A program made the position numbers and the translations under genes. A stretch of 63,721 nt of DNA, filler included, from Octopus bimaculoides (lineage: Eukaryota), in the NCBI RefSeq assembly GCF_001194135.2. It is 6 parts of 5 records of this genome, joined end to end, with 100 filler letters (N's around TTAATTAATTAA, not from the genome) between each part and the next. Parts side by side here need not be neighbours in the genome. Positions count along the whole stretch, not along the records: positions 23,411 to 49,451 come from NC_069003.1; 5 more parts are not named here. One strand, 5' to 3'. Below the pieces are notes generated by a model. That model had not been told where the DNA came from, searched no databases, and saw nothing but the letters and a program-made list of their open reading frames with translations. Shown here piece by piece: positions 37,961 to 49,025 of the stretch; position 1 is the first letter of the stretch, and the number at the start of each line of letters is the position of its first letter.

Positions 37961-38075
37961 TTATTTAATCACCTGAGGAGGTGCATTTTACACCTTGGAT
38001 GGAAGATAATGATTACACAACATCTCACCAATGGGTGTAAAAATGTGTCGAAACAATTGTAGTGATTTTAAATAA
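37961..38075 (+). ncRNA. Type I hammerhead ribozyme motif with canonical core (Penelope-associated type)
   Basis: Stem I AATCAC (37967-72) / GTGATT (38062-67); CTGAGGA core at 37973-79; 15-bp stem II (37980-94 with 38034-49); GAAA at 38050-53; palindromic stem III ACAATTGT; GUA cleavage triplet, cut after 38061. Confidence 0.75.
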
Positions 38076-38208
38076 CGAATGTCATTCTTTCCATTTTCTA
38101 TTTCCATAATCCCTTGACTATCATGAGTGCTACATAAATAAAAAGCACAGGTCATTTAGTTTGATGCTCTACCAATTCTGTTAGAAAGCATAGCTGCCAA
38201 TGACTTAC

Positions 38209-38327
38209 TTTGATCGGTTCACGACTAAACTTCACTTTCGATATTTTGATATTTTCCTCCTCATCAGAACTGAGACCTTCCATTAAGTCATACTCGTAAT
38301 CTTCTTGGCTGTCATGCTGTGAACCTC
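38209..38327 (-). CDS. PPP1R9A/B (Spn): Neurabin/spinophilin internal exon: acidic stretch and PP1-binding RVxF motif
   Basis: Acceptor (T)n-GTGCATTTCCAG| at 38329-38328; donor AAA|GTAAGT at 38208-38207; 119 nt, phase 1 to 0. Encodes (G)GSQHDSQEDYEYDLMEGLSSDEEENIKISKVKFSREPIK, compared with neurabin GL.EEE...RKIKFSSAPIK. Confidence 0.92.
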
Positions 38328-39229
38328 CTGGAAATGCACAAAAAAAAAAAAAAAAAAAAAAAANNNNNNNNNNCATTCTTTTTTGTACAAACTGACCTTT
38401 CTCCTTTGTGTCCCTTCTTTTTAATGATTTTATGATTGTGTGTGTGTGTGTGTGTGTGTGCATCTGGAATATATGTATGGTACAGGGATGGCTGTGTGGG
38501 AAGAAGCTTGCTTCCCGACTACATGGCACCTTGGGTAAGAGTCTTCTACTGTAGCCTCGGGTCGACCAAAGCCTTGTGAATGGATTTGGTAGACAGACAG
38601 ACAGGCAGATAGCTAGATAGCTAGATAGATAGGTAGGTAGGTAGATAGACAGGTAGGTAGACAGATAAGTAGGTAGGTAGATAGATAGACAGAGGGACAA
38701 ACAGACAGGTTAGTGTGTTTGATAAAAAGGACAAGATATATAGTGATGGGTGTATTTATTATTCATTAGTGTAACACCAATACTTTCAGGCTTTGGGTAG
38801 TAGTCTCAGTCACTACTTCAGCATGTGACCACCCCACCTGACATAAACCCCAGGCTCACCTGGCTCTGACTGTCAGTACACAGGGCTGGGAGCATCAGTC
38901 TATTGTTGGCCTTTAACTCCACAACCTCAAGGGTTCAAAAAGGTTAAGATTTCAATTAAAACAAGGAACCAGCAGTTGACATCATGTCATACATTGTGAC
39001 CCAGATGCTTTCTTGTGTAAAAAAAACATTAATGCTTTTGTTTTGTGTCATTCCAGAAGTTAATGTCTCTCAACAATGACAGACATCTATCTAGCACTTA
39101 TAACTACCAAGTCTATCTAAGGTAACTTTTAAAGATTCTCCATTCTGCTCCTCATCTCAAAACAAATCTCCAAGTTTTATAATACCTTAGAAGCATTTCA
39201 CTGCTTAAATTCCTGTGATAGATTTTAAA

Positions 39230-39395
39230 TAATAGAACTATGATAGTTCTTATTTACATTATTTACAATTGATGGATATTTGTCCTCATCCTGTTTGTTT
39301 TTAACACAACGTTTCGGCTGATATACCCTCCAGCCTTCATCAGGGAAATTTCGAACCTGGGTTCTCATTCCTAAGGTATTTTTCGATGTTGTTAT
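39230..39395. mobile_element. Penelope-like element terminal-repeat fragment
   Basis: CAACGTTTCGGCTG...CAGCCTTCATCAGG motif typical of PLE ends, followed by an (ATC)n/(ATT)n tail. Confidence 0.55.
39304..39345 (-). ncRNA. Degenerate Penelope-type hammerhead motif with stem I disrupted
   Basis: Minus strand CTGATGA-A-GGCTG...CAGCC-GAAA-CG-T-T-GTGT. Core and 5-bp stem II are present with one extra A; only one stem I pair is possible. Confidence 0.55.
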
Positions 39396-39780
39396 TATCA
39401 TCATCATCATCATTATTATTATTATTATTATTATTCAAGTCACTGCCTGGAATCAAACTCGGCATCTTGGGGTTAGTAGTCCCCAAGATGCCAGGAGAGA
39501 GGTTAGTAGCCCCAACAAACGCAAGAAAGAGGTGAGAGAGTTAATAAGGCCAAAAAAGAGGGAATGAGAAAGTGAAGGGTGTGAGGAAGAGAGAGACTGT
39601 GATTGAGGAAAAAGAGAGAGAGAGAGAGTACTGAGAAAGAGAACAGCAGAAAGAATATTAGAAAATCTCGGTTGATTAAAGAGAACCAGCATTTTCTCAA
39701 CATGGGTATTATGAGATCTATAAGAGATGGAGATTTCTGAGTGAGAAGCAGAAGAGAGAATAGGTATCTCTAGAAGTTAC

Positions 39781-39838
39781 CCCAAGATACACCAGACAAG
39801 CACCCTGAGTCGAGGGAAGAGCATCCTGCCAGTTGCTC
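39781..39838 (-). CDS. Candidate upstream neurabin exon (EQLAGCSSLDSGCLSGVSW-G)
   Basis: Acceptor GCTGTTTCTAG| (39840-39839) and donor GGG|GTAACT (39780-39779); 58 nt, phase 0 to 1, compatible with the phase-1 start of exon 38209-38327. No homology recognised. Confidence 0.3.
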
Positions 39839-41100
39839 CTAGAAACAGCAGCCAACATATAGAGGAGGGGTTCTATGCTTTATGGACAATGGTATAAAGG
39901 TTCTGGTTCTATGACATAAAATGTTTTGGAACTTGTTTACTAAACCATCCTTCAAATCTGAAATATCTGACAACAGCAATATTGTTCCCAAATATATAAA
40001 ATTGAAATAATAAAAAAAATACACCCTTCGGGTCGTACTCAGACGATAGCTACATTGATAATGAAAAAAAGCTGTCTCCTCAAACAAAGACAGCTTTTTT
40101 AATATTTATTTATATTTGTTTATAGTTATTTGTTGCGTTTTTTTGTTTGATGCTAATCAAAAATTGGTTTTTGAAGAGACATAAAGAGCAAGGAAATGGA
40201 AGGGAGGTAACTGTGTTTCAGTGTCAGTGTGTAATAGACTGCAGTGTTGGGTCAGGGCGATGGATAATTTATGAATAATAACACAATGATGGCAATTGTT
40301 GAGGGTTTGGTGTCGATGTGATGATACGGATTAACAATTCCAAATTGTGTTTGGTAAAGGGAGAGTGGGGTGGCAGAGGGAGACAAAGAAAGAGAACGGA
40401 GAAGAGAGGGAGAATATCAGAAAAACAAAGGAAGAGAGGAAGATATGAAGGAAAGAGTGAGACATGTAAATTAGCTAAAAAGAAAAAGTTGAGAACCAGA
40501 GAGAACGAGGGAGAGACAGGAGGGGGATAGAATCCGTTGAAATGAAGGAACGGTAAGTCGTGATTTCCACGGTTATTTCCCTTTAACCTTCACCAGATAT
40601 ATTAAACGGGTGTTCTTCCAGAAACATTTCGGGTGGCTTTTGTTGTTAATTTATGCCATGAGAAAGGCATAAAAAAATCAAATATTACATTGACGTTCTC
40701 CTTAAAAAATCTCAGGCTTTATGTTTGTGTAAGAAACTAAATTGATGTTGCTTTTTTTTTATTGATCAGGCAGCAAAACCGAATAAATTTTGAGTAGCGG
40801 AGTTAATTTACACTTTAGGGCCTCACAATCTCTGAACAAAAAACGAAGTGGGGGATAAAATAATTGAGTGATGTACAGGGTCTTAATTTTTGTGAGACCT
40901 TGTAGGGTTTTTTTTTTTTTTTTTTAAACAAAGACTTTACTATAAACGCCTGTAGGTCGAAACATCAACAATGGTGGAGAAAGGAGAGACGATCAATAAA
41001 GATGACCTCAGCACATTTATATTGTTGAGGTGGATTGTTTATTAAGAACAGGAAAAATCAAATACGGGTGGAGGAGAGGGTGGATAGAGAGAGGAGGAGA
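39800..41100. promoter_or_regulatory. Candidate internal promoter (CpG-retaining patch within the CpG-poor gene body)
   Basis: About 15 CpG in 40480-41080 versus about 4 in 41100-42000 (by-eye count); unique sequence flanked by GA-rich tracts. Confidence 0.3.
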
Positions 41101-42746
41101 GAGGACAAAGGGGAGAGAGACACACACACACACAGGGAACTAGATAAAGAGGTAGTGGGGAGTGGGGAGAGAGGAGAGAAAACCAAAAGGGAGGAGAGAT
41201 GGAGAGAAGAGAGACAGACAGACTGAGAGATAGAAACAGAGGACAGAGGGAGAGAGAGGAACAGAGAGAGAGAGAGAGAAAGACAGACAGACAGACAGAA
41301 TGGAGAGATTTTTTTTTTGTTGCTCAAACAATATTAAGAGTTAACCAATGAACCTCTACATTAAAGATTGACTTGTTAAATTCAACAGTTAAATCTCCAT
41401 CAAATCTCACCTTAATACCTTTAAAAAAAAAGGTAAAGGATATATTAACTAGTATAAACGTATATATAATGTATGTGAATAATAAGACAGGGTGGTCACA
41501 ATTGGAAAGCATTCGATCAAAAGCCAGTTTAATCAGGATTGGGTTGAGTCTAAGCCTCACCCATGGCAATATTAAAGTGCACTGCAAACAAATAAAAGGT
41601 TTATTGGGGTAGGCATAACAGGCTGCACGTGCAGGGTAGAATTTGGGGTTAACTACATTTAGAGGAAGACAACAAATACTGCAGCTAAAAGGGACACATC
41701 TTGGAAGGAAAGAAAGACATGTGTGAGGTAGGTGAGTGAACAGGGTGGGTTGATGAGAGGGGTTGTTGACTAATCTCTAAGTCTGGTATTACTAATGTAG
41801 GGATCAGCTAAGGGGACTACAAGGAAATGGATCAGAGGGGTCAAATATGAAATGGAATGATGATAGTGGTGGTTGATTGAAATACCACAAATATTGTCAT
41901 CCACACACATATATACCCACACGCATCTGTCAAGCTTCCACACAGTTTCCATCAACCAAATTTTTATGTCCTTGTTGTCATCAGTCAACTTGGTAGCAAT
42001 GACAGACAACACCTGTCTTGTCTCGGGTGTCACAAAGTAGGATTGACCCTGGAACCCTGCAACTGGGAAGTGGATTTATTGAGTTTTCCATAATTCGTGC
42101 CGACAGAGTTGATTCCTTAATGGTCTGGTGGATAAGAACATTAGAATTATATATGAAACAAATGTTTGTGAGTTCACTCCCAGACCAAGAATATATTTAT
42201 GCATACATATGACAAATATGTCACCTGATTTTATCGACCCCCAGAAGGATGAACAGTAAAGTTGATGTCACTGCAATTTGAACTCAGAGCGTTAAGACGG
42301 ATGAAATGCCACTGAGCATTTTGGCCAGTGTGCTAACGATTCTGACAGCTTGTTGCCTTAATTATAACAAGGAAACCCTTTATTTCATGCATATTTTGTT
42401 TTTAATTAAATGAGTCACAGACTGATTAGAACAGTGCCCCGCAACCGGTGTGTCGCGGCCCACTGGTGTGCCATGAGATGTTAGGTGTGCTGCAGTGTGT
42501 TACTAATTTTTTTCCCTATACCTTTAATTATATTATTAGTTCAGGTGTGATGCCAGATCACTGGTTTAGAAGAGCATTACCATGTCGATATAATGATAAT
42601 GGTGGAGGTGATGGTGATGACACTGATTATCAATAATGATGTAAATGATTATGATGATGACAGTGATGGGTGCAGATTAAGGATAAAAGGATTAACTGGT
42701 GACTAATCTTGTCTACGGCTATCCTCAGGTACCCTACTACACTCAC

Positions 42747-42836
42747 CGCCATGCCTAACACCACTTTGTTCCGAACACCTCCACTTTCTGGAACCATCTT
42801 CGGTGATAGGGAGGATCCGCCTTGCTTCTCTACAAC
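42747..42836 (-). CDS. Candidate upstream neurabin exon (VVEKQGGSSLSPKMVPESGGVRNKVVLGMA in phase 0)
   Basis: GC-richer unique sequence with acceptor GTTGCAG| (42838-42837) and consensus donor GCG|GTGAGT (42746-42745); exactly 90 nt; open in phase 0 and phase 1. Weak pyrimidine tract; no homology recognised. Confidence 0.3.
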
Positions 42837-43356
42837 CTGCAACATTTCAAGAATGCTTTGGAATTTCACCTCGTTTAACACTTATAAACATGCCAATTTT
42901 ATTTTTAAAAAAAGCCACAAAGAGAGAGAGATAAGCCTGTTTGACACACAGATAATCCATCAGCAGATAAAACTGATGTGGAGGAGGGGTGGAGTCATTT
43001 GTAGAAGTGAAATGGTCAAGTGGGTAAAGTATTATAACCTCCTCCTTGGTCAGAAGTTCAAATCAGCCACAGAGAAGTTTCACTGTGTTTAATGTAATGT
43101 TTAATACAGTAAACATTTTTTTAGTGGACTACACCAAAAAAGTAAAAAAGCAAATCAATTAAAGAGAAATTTATTATACTTAGAGATGGAAGACTATCAA
43201 AAGCCACCAAAAGGATGCTTGAGGGCCACATGCGGCTCTGAGAGCTTCAATTGAGAAACATTGAGTTAGACACTAAGTTGATTTAATATACCAACGATAA
43301 ATTCAATTTACAGAAGCTGTAAGATTAGCAATTTCGTTTCAGAAGTGATACAAGCA

Positions 43357-43408
43357 TGTAACACTGATGAGCTGCAATTACAGTGAAATACAGTCTGTCC
43401 TGCATACA
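43357..43408 (+). ncRNA. Minimal type I hammerhead ribozyme motif
   Basis: Stem I ACA/TGT; CTGATGA at 43364-70; stem II GCTG/CAGT; GAAA at 43385-88; weak 2-bp stem III; GUC triplet at 43393-95. Confidence 0.55.
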
Positions 43409-45502
43409 GTTTCTTCTGAAGTATATTATGTTTTTAGCACTAGACATCTTTAAAGGGATTTTTCTTGGAAGCAAAACCACAGATTCTGCTGTTTAAACAA
43501 CAAGCAAGCATAACGTATTGGGTTCTCACAATGTTTTCATTCCTACGATGTATTGTAGATGTGAATAGAACTGCTAAGGAAGGAGACAGGACCAGGTGCA
43601 ACATATAAGCCAGACTGATAAACATCCTGAGATTTATTTGACAGAGAGAGAGAGAGAGAGAGGGGGAGGGAGAGNNNNNNNNNNNNNNNNNNNNNNNNNN
43701 NNNNNNNNNNNNNNNNNNNNNNNNNNNNNNNNNNNNNNNNNNNNNNNNNNNNNNNNNNNNNNNNNNNNNNNNNNNNNNNNNNNNNNNNNNNNNNNNNNNN
43801 NNNNNNNNNNNNNNNNNNNNNNNNNNNNNNNNNNNNNNNNNNNNNNNNNNNNNNNNNNNNNNNNNNNNNNNNNNNNNNNNNNNNNNNNNNNNNNNNNNNN
43901 NNNNNNNNNNNNNNNNNNNNNNNNNNNNNNNNNNNNNNNNNNNNNNNNNNNNNNNNNNNNNNNNNNNNNNNNNNNNNNNNNNNNNNNNNNNNNNNNNNNN
44001 NNNNNNNNNNNNNNNNNNNNNNNNNNNNNNNNNNNNNNNNNNNNNNNNNNNNNNNNNNNNNNNNNNNNNNNNNNNNNNNNNNNNNNNNNNNNNNNNNNNN
44101 NNNNNNNNNNNNNNNNNNNNNNNNNNNNNNNNNNNNNNNNNNNNNNNNNNNNNNNNNNNNNNNNNNNNNNNNNNNNNNNNNNNNNNNNNNNNNNNNNNNN
44201 NNNNNNNNNNNNNNNNNNNNNNNNNNNNNNNNNNNNNNNNNNNNNNNNNNNNNNNNNNNNNNNNNNNNNNNNNNNNNNNGCTTTTGTTTTTCCTTTTTTT
44301 TTTATAAGAATAACAAACAAGAATCTCGCTTCACAAAACACAACAGAATTTTCTTGTCAATAAAGATAACAGTATCTCATTTCACATCAGGGTATATGAG
44401 TGGGTACGTGATACATAACAATAATAAATATCTTTAAATGGGGGTGGTGGCGATGACAGTGGTGGTCGTGATGGCAGTGGGGTGGCAATGGCAGTAGTGG
44501 TGGTAATCTATCGCGGGGGGGGGGGGGTCAAGGATTATTCCCCACTCCTCAAATCCAGATTTAACTTTTGTGAACGCTACATGTGACTAAGTAGGCTAAT
44601 GTGGCATCCTCGGGTTTGGTCACAACAGAAATGGAACATTTGTGGCTCTGGCTGAAGAAAATTGTTGTTTGTTGCCTGAGCTGACATCCACGTTCATCAT
44701 ATTTAATCCCTGAAGTGTTTGGTCTGTGCTGTGCCAAAGGGTTGGCCTCCATCACAGATAATCCACTTCCATTTGGGTTGGTTATTCACCAGTATTGACC
44801 AAAGACATTGGTCAATCCAAGACTATAAGTCGTAGACTCTAAACCAAAATGTCGTGCAGTGGGATTGAACCTGGAGCCACACACTTGAAAAGAAAATCTT
44901 CTTGAAATAAAAAAATATACATAGAGTACTGGGATGGATGGTACTGATGATCCCCCTCCCCTCAAAAATTAATGTCCTTGAGCCAAAATTAGCAACAGTT
45001 GTAGCAGTAGTGGTGGTGGTGGGGGGGTTGATGGTTGTCATGGTAAAGGCCATGGTGGTGATGGTGGTAATGATAGACATAGTGATGATGGTAGTGGTCA
45101 AGCTGGTGACCTAGCAATGGTTTTGGTGGAAGTAGTAGTCGATACAGTAGCAGTTTTTAAGCACTTTCAGATGGAATAGGGGTGGGCAGTGCCTTAGAGT
45201 CCATAGATAAGGTGGTGGTGGTTGCAGTGGTGGTGATGGTGGCAGTGGTAGCAGTGGCAGTGGTGGTGGTGGAAGTAGTGGTGGTGGTGGGGGTGGTGGA
45301 GAAAGGATGGGAAGGGAGTGCACCATGCTTGATAGCAGCAACAGGACCAGACTGTAAAACTTGAAATTTCTCAGTAAATGAGGAAGGAAAGAAAGAAGGA
45401 AGACAGAGAGATAATATGATGGTGATGAAATATATTAAACACTAGGGAACTGCTCAAACAGACACACACACACACACACACACACACACAAGCATTCTCT
45501 CC

Positions 45503-45547
<45 letters not shown>

Positions 45548-45594
45548 GTAGTGTGTTTATTAGGAAGAGAAAGGTCAGTGACCCCAGCAGAACA

Positions 45595-45636
<42 letters not shown>

Positions 45637-47466
45637 CTGGCTGGTTAGATATGGAGAATAACAACAATCACAGAACCATACATAATCGCTCACACACACA
45701 CACGCAATCACTCACTCAAACACATACACACTCTTATTAAAAAGCATCTTATTGCACAACACCGTCACCTCCTCACATGCCCCAACACTGATGGGAATAC
45801 GCAGCAAAATAATTATTAATGTCATAATTAATAATGATAATTATATCTGACACGATACTAATTACAAAAATTTCTAGCATAGGAACAAGGATACAGATTA
45901 TTTATGTTGAGAGAGGATTATATCAACCCCAGTATGCAGCTGGTACTAGATTAATAAGGAATGCGAACACTGAATGATGATTATCTCACACACACAGAGC
46001 AGACACAGGTTAGTGCGGTTCAGATGGTTGCTTCCCAACCAGATGGTTATCGGTTCAGTCTTACTGCATGGTACATTGGACAAGTGCCTACTTTTATGGG
46101 TCAGGACTGACCAAAGCCTTGTGAATAGATTTGGTAGATGGAAACTGAAAGAAGCCTGTCATTTGTTTGCTTGTATGTGTGTGTATGTGTGTGAACATTC
46201 ACAAATGGAGTTCTGACAGTTCCTTGCTTTTGAGAATAAGTAGAATAACAATGAAAAAAAATCCTTTACTTGTTAACATAAGGGTTAGTGACAGGAAGAG
46301 TATCCATTTGTAAAACAATGCATCAATTATATGTATTCACCTAACCTATGCTAGCACAGAAAAACAGAAGTGAAACTGAATGAACCCAGAAATGTTGGCT
46401 CATCTATTGAGAAAGATTATGTTTTAATTACTCAATAAAATCAATATTTCTTTACAGATCATCTTTTTTAGGGAATCGGAAGCGGTTGATATTCCTCCAT
46501 TGATAGCCTGGCAACAGACAGGTTCTCATCACCATTGAAGTTGGCACCAGTGTCTGTTGTATCTCCATTTCCAACATTCAGTCAACAAATACTACAACAG
46601 GCTTTGTGCTAATATAAAACAAAACAATAGTGAAGGTTGACATATGCAATGGCTGGCTGTCACCTTAAACTTGATGACAGACCTGCTGTCATCATCATCA
46701 TCATCCTCATCAACAGCAGTTCTCAAGGACAACTGGGCTGAAGTTATCTATGAAATCCCATCAACAAAATGCGAGCTGTGATGCAAGTAGAGTGTCAAAC
46801 ATAGGGTAGTAAGGGTTGAGGGGGACAAGTGGCCACCCCAGCAAGAAACTGATATGGAAAGGACCAACAGCATTCAAAAGCTATGCAATCACATCACGAA
46901 AACTTCAAAGCCATGAGACAATGCATGATTAATTCAAAACAATTATCATCATCGTTTAACATGAAAAAGTGCCAGGCTTTAAAAATATGTAATGGGGTCA
47001 ATTTGCTCAACTAAAATCCCTTCAAGATGGTGACCCAGCATGGCCACAGTCCAATGACTGAAACAAGTAAAAGACAAAATAATAGTTCCAAACATGACAT
47101 TCCCTAACAAAAGACAAACTGCAGAAAGCATTAAAGAGTATAAAAGCTTCAAGAGGATCTATCTGGTTCCTGCAGCAAAAGGGTTAGTATCACTTTGCCA
47201 TTTTAGGGCCCTTTAGGGGAGCCCAGTCTATTGCAAAGAGAAAATGTCATGGTGCTGCCATTTCTATGCTTATTAAGTCATAAAAATTGATAAAATTAAA
47301 CCAAAAATAAACACTTCCTGGATTATAAACCCAAAAACTTGACTCAAAAGGAATGTCTAGAATGCTATGAGTTGGAGGTTCAGTTTTTTTTTTTTTAAAT
47401 GGATAAATCAACAGATGACTTGCTTTTATACACACATATGTATGCATGCATGTTGGATATATATAA

Positions 47467-47505
<39 letters not shown>

Positions 47506-47677
47506 GTATACTTTATATTTATGTGTGTATATGTGCACACGTGTGTGTGTATATGTGCACACGTGTGTGTATGTGTGTGTGTGTACACACACATGCACAT
47601 ATAAAATACACATTCACATGTTAATGTTTATAAGCTTGTCTGTATCTGCATCCATATGGGTCTGCATCGGTGTGCGT

Positions 47678-47719
<42 letters not shown>

Positions 47720-48739
47720 ACAATGTGTGATCCTTCTCTGAGAATCTCGCCAGCTGGCTTCTACAATCAGTCAAGTGAAATCTAAACATGTCAGGCTGGA
47801 CTTTAGGGTACCAGGTCTGGGGAAGAACTCTTAGCTCTAAACAGGGCTTTCTAATTTTGGAAAACTGGGGGGAATTTGATGGCTCAACAAATAGAGAGGC
47901 AGTTACTGGAGTGATGGGGCAATTAAGGGTTTATAATTAAGGTGTTGGATTGACAGAAACAGGAAGAGTAAGAGAAAAAAAAATGTATCATGTTCTGAGT
48001 TCAAATCTCATCTAGTAGACATTGGTTTTCATCATTTTGGGAAAGATAATATTAAGAACTGAGAACTGGATATTAATGATTATAGATCTGCCAAAAAATA
48101 ATGGGTGCAGCACCAATATTGAACAAAATCTCATATTTATTTGTAGGAATACAAGTGGAATTTTTCAGGAATTTACAGCCAAAAAAAGGTTGGTCAACTT
48201 ATATATGAAGATAGACGTGGGAAACCAAAAACTCCATGTGAAACGCAGCAGGGCTTGGAAAGATAGTAACAATGTTTGAATGCTTATGCTACATGTTTAC
48301 ACTATATTGTATGTTGATTTGTATGCCAGAAAAATATGGTGTTTTAAAAACCATTCTTTGTGAGTTTAAACAATTGGTACATCACATTTGTTTCATATTT
48401 TGGTATGGAAAAAAGAAAACAAACCGCAAAAAGCTAACACTGGTATAGACCCCTCCATCAACCACCCAAGTTTCTGGTTTCAAATAACAATTAAATGGAA
48501 AAGACTTAACGAGAAGTAATGGACATAATTTGTCAATTATATTGCATGTGTAATTCAAAGATTCATCAGTGTGTGAAATAGACAGAAGGTCGTCATGTTA
48601 GGAAGAAAGGCAAGCAGAGGATTGTCAGTGTCTGAGAGAGAATCCAGTATTACAGTTACAGGAATCTAGAGAGACATACCAACATAGCCATGGAGGGACA
48701 AATCTCATTGGCTCATTCGACCAAAGACAACATTCTTTT

Positions 48740-48946
48740 ATACTTTTATTCCTTTACTTGTTTCAGTTATTTAACTGTGGCCATGCTGGAGCATCACCTT
48801 AAAGGGTATTAGCCAAAGAAAACAACCCCCAGGAGTTATTCTTTGTAGTGCTTATTCTATCGGTCTCTTTTGCCGAACTGCTAAGTTACAGAGGACATAA
48901 ACACACCAGCATCAGTTTTCAAGTGATGACAGAGGGACAAACAAAC

Positions 48947-48979
<33 letters not shown>

Positions 48980-49025
48980 GACAGGCTTCTTTCAGTTTCC
49001 GTCTACCAAATCCACTCACAAGGCT
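48740..49025 (-). mobile_element. SINE family A
   Basis: Reverse-complement alignment to family A. Other copies at about 36200-36360, 57143-57480, 57915-58055 and 60465-60700 (minus) and 38487-38600, 46000-46200, 46960-47075 and 54860-55150 (plus). Confidence 0.75.

Noticed and set aside
44561-44816. 64-aa ORF and a 9-bp hairpin (44794-44816)
   Set aside because: There is no homology or splice support, and a 9-bp AT-rich stem is within chance expectation for 63 kb.
46450-46580. Minus-strand MLEMEIQQ...RFRFPKKDDL short ORF as an alternative first exon
   Set aside because: The only donor candidate (CT|GTAAAG) is weak and its phase 2 fits neither downstream exon candidate.
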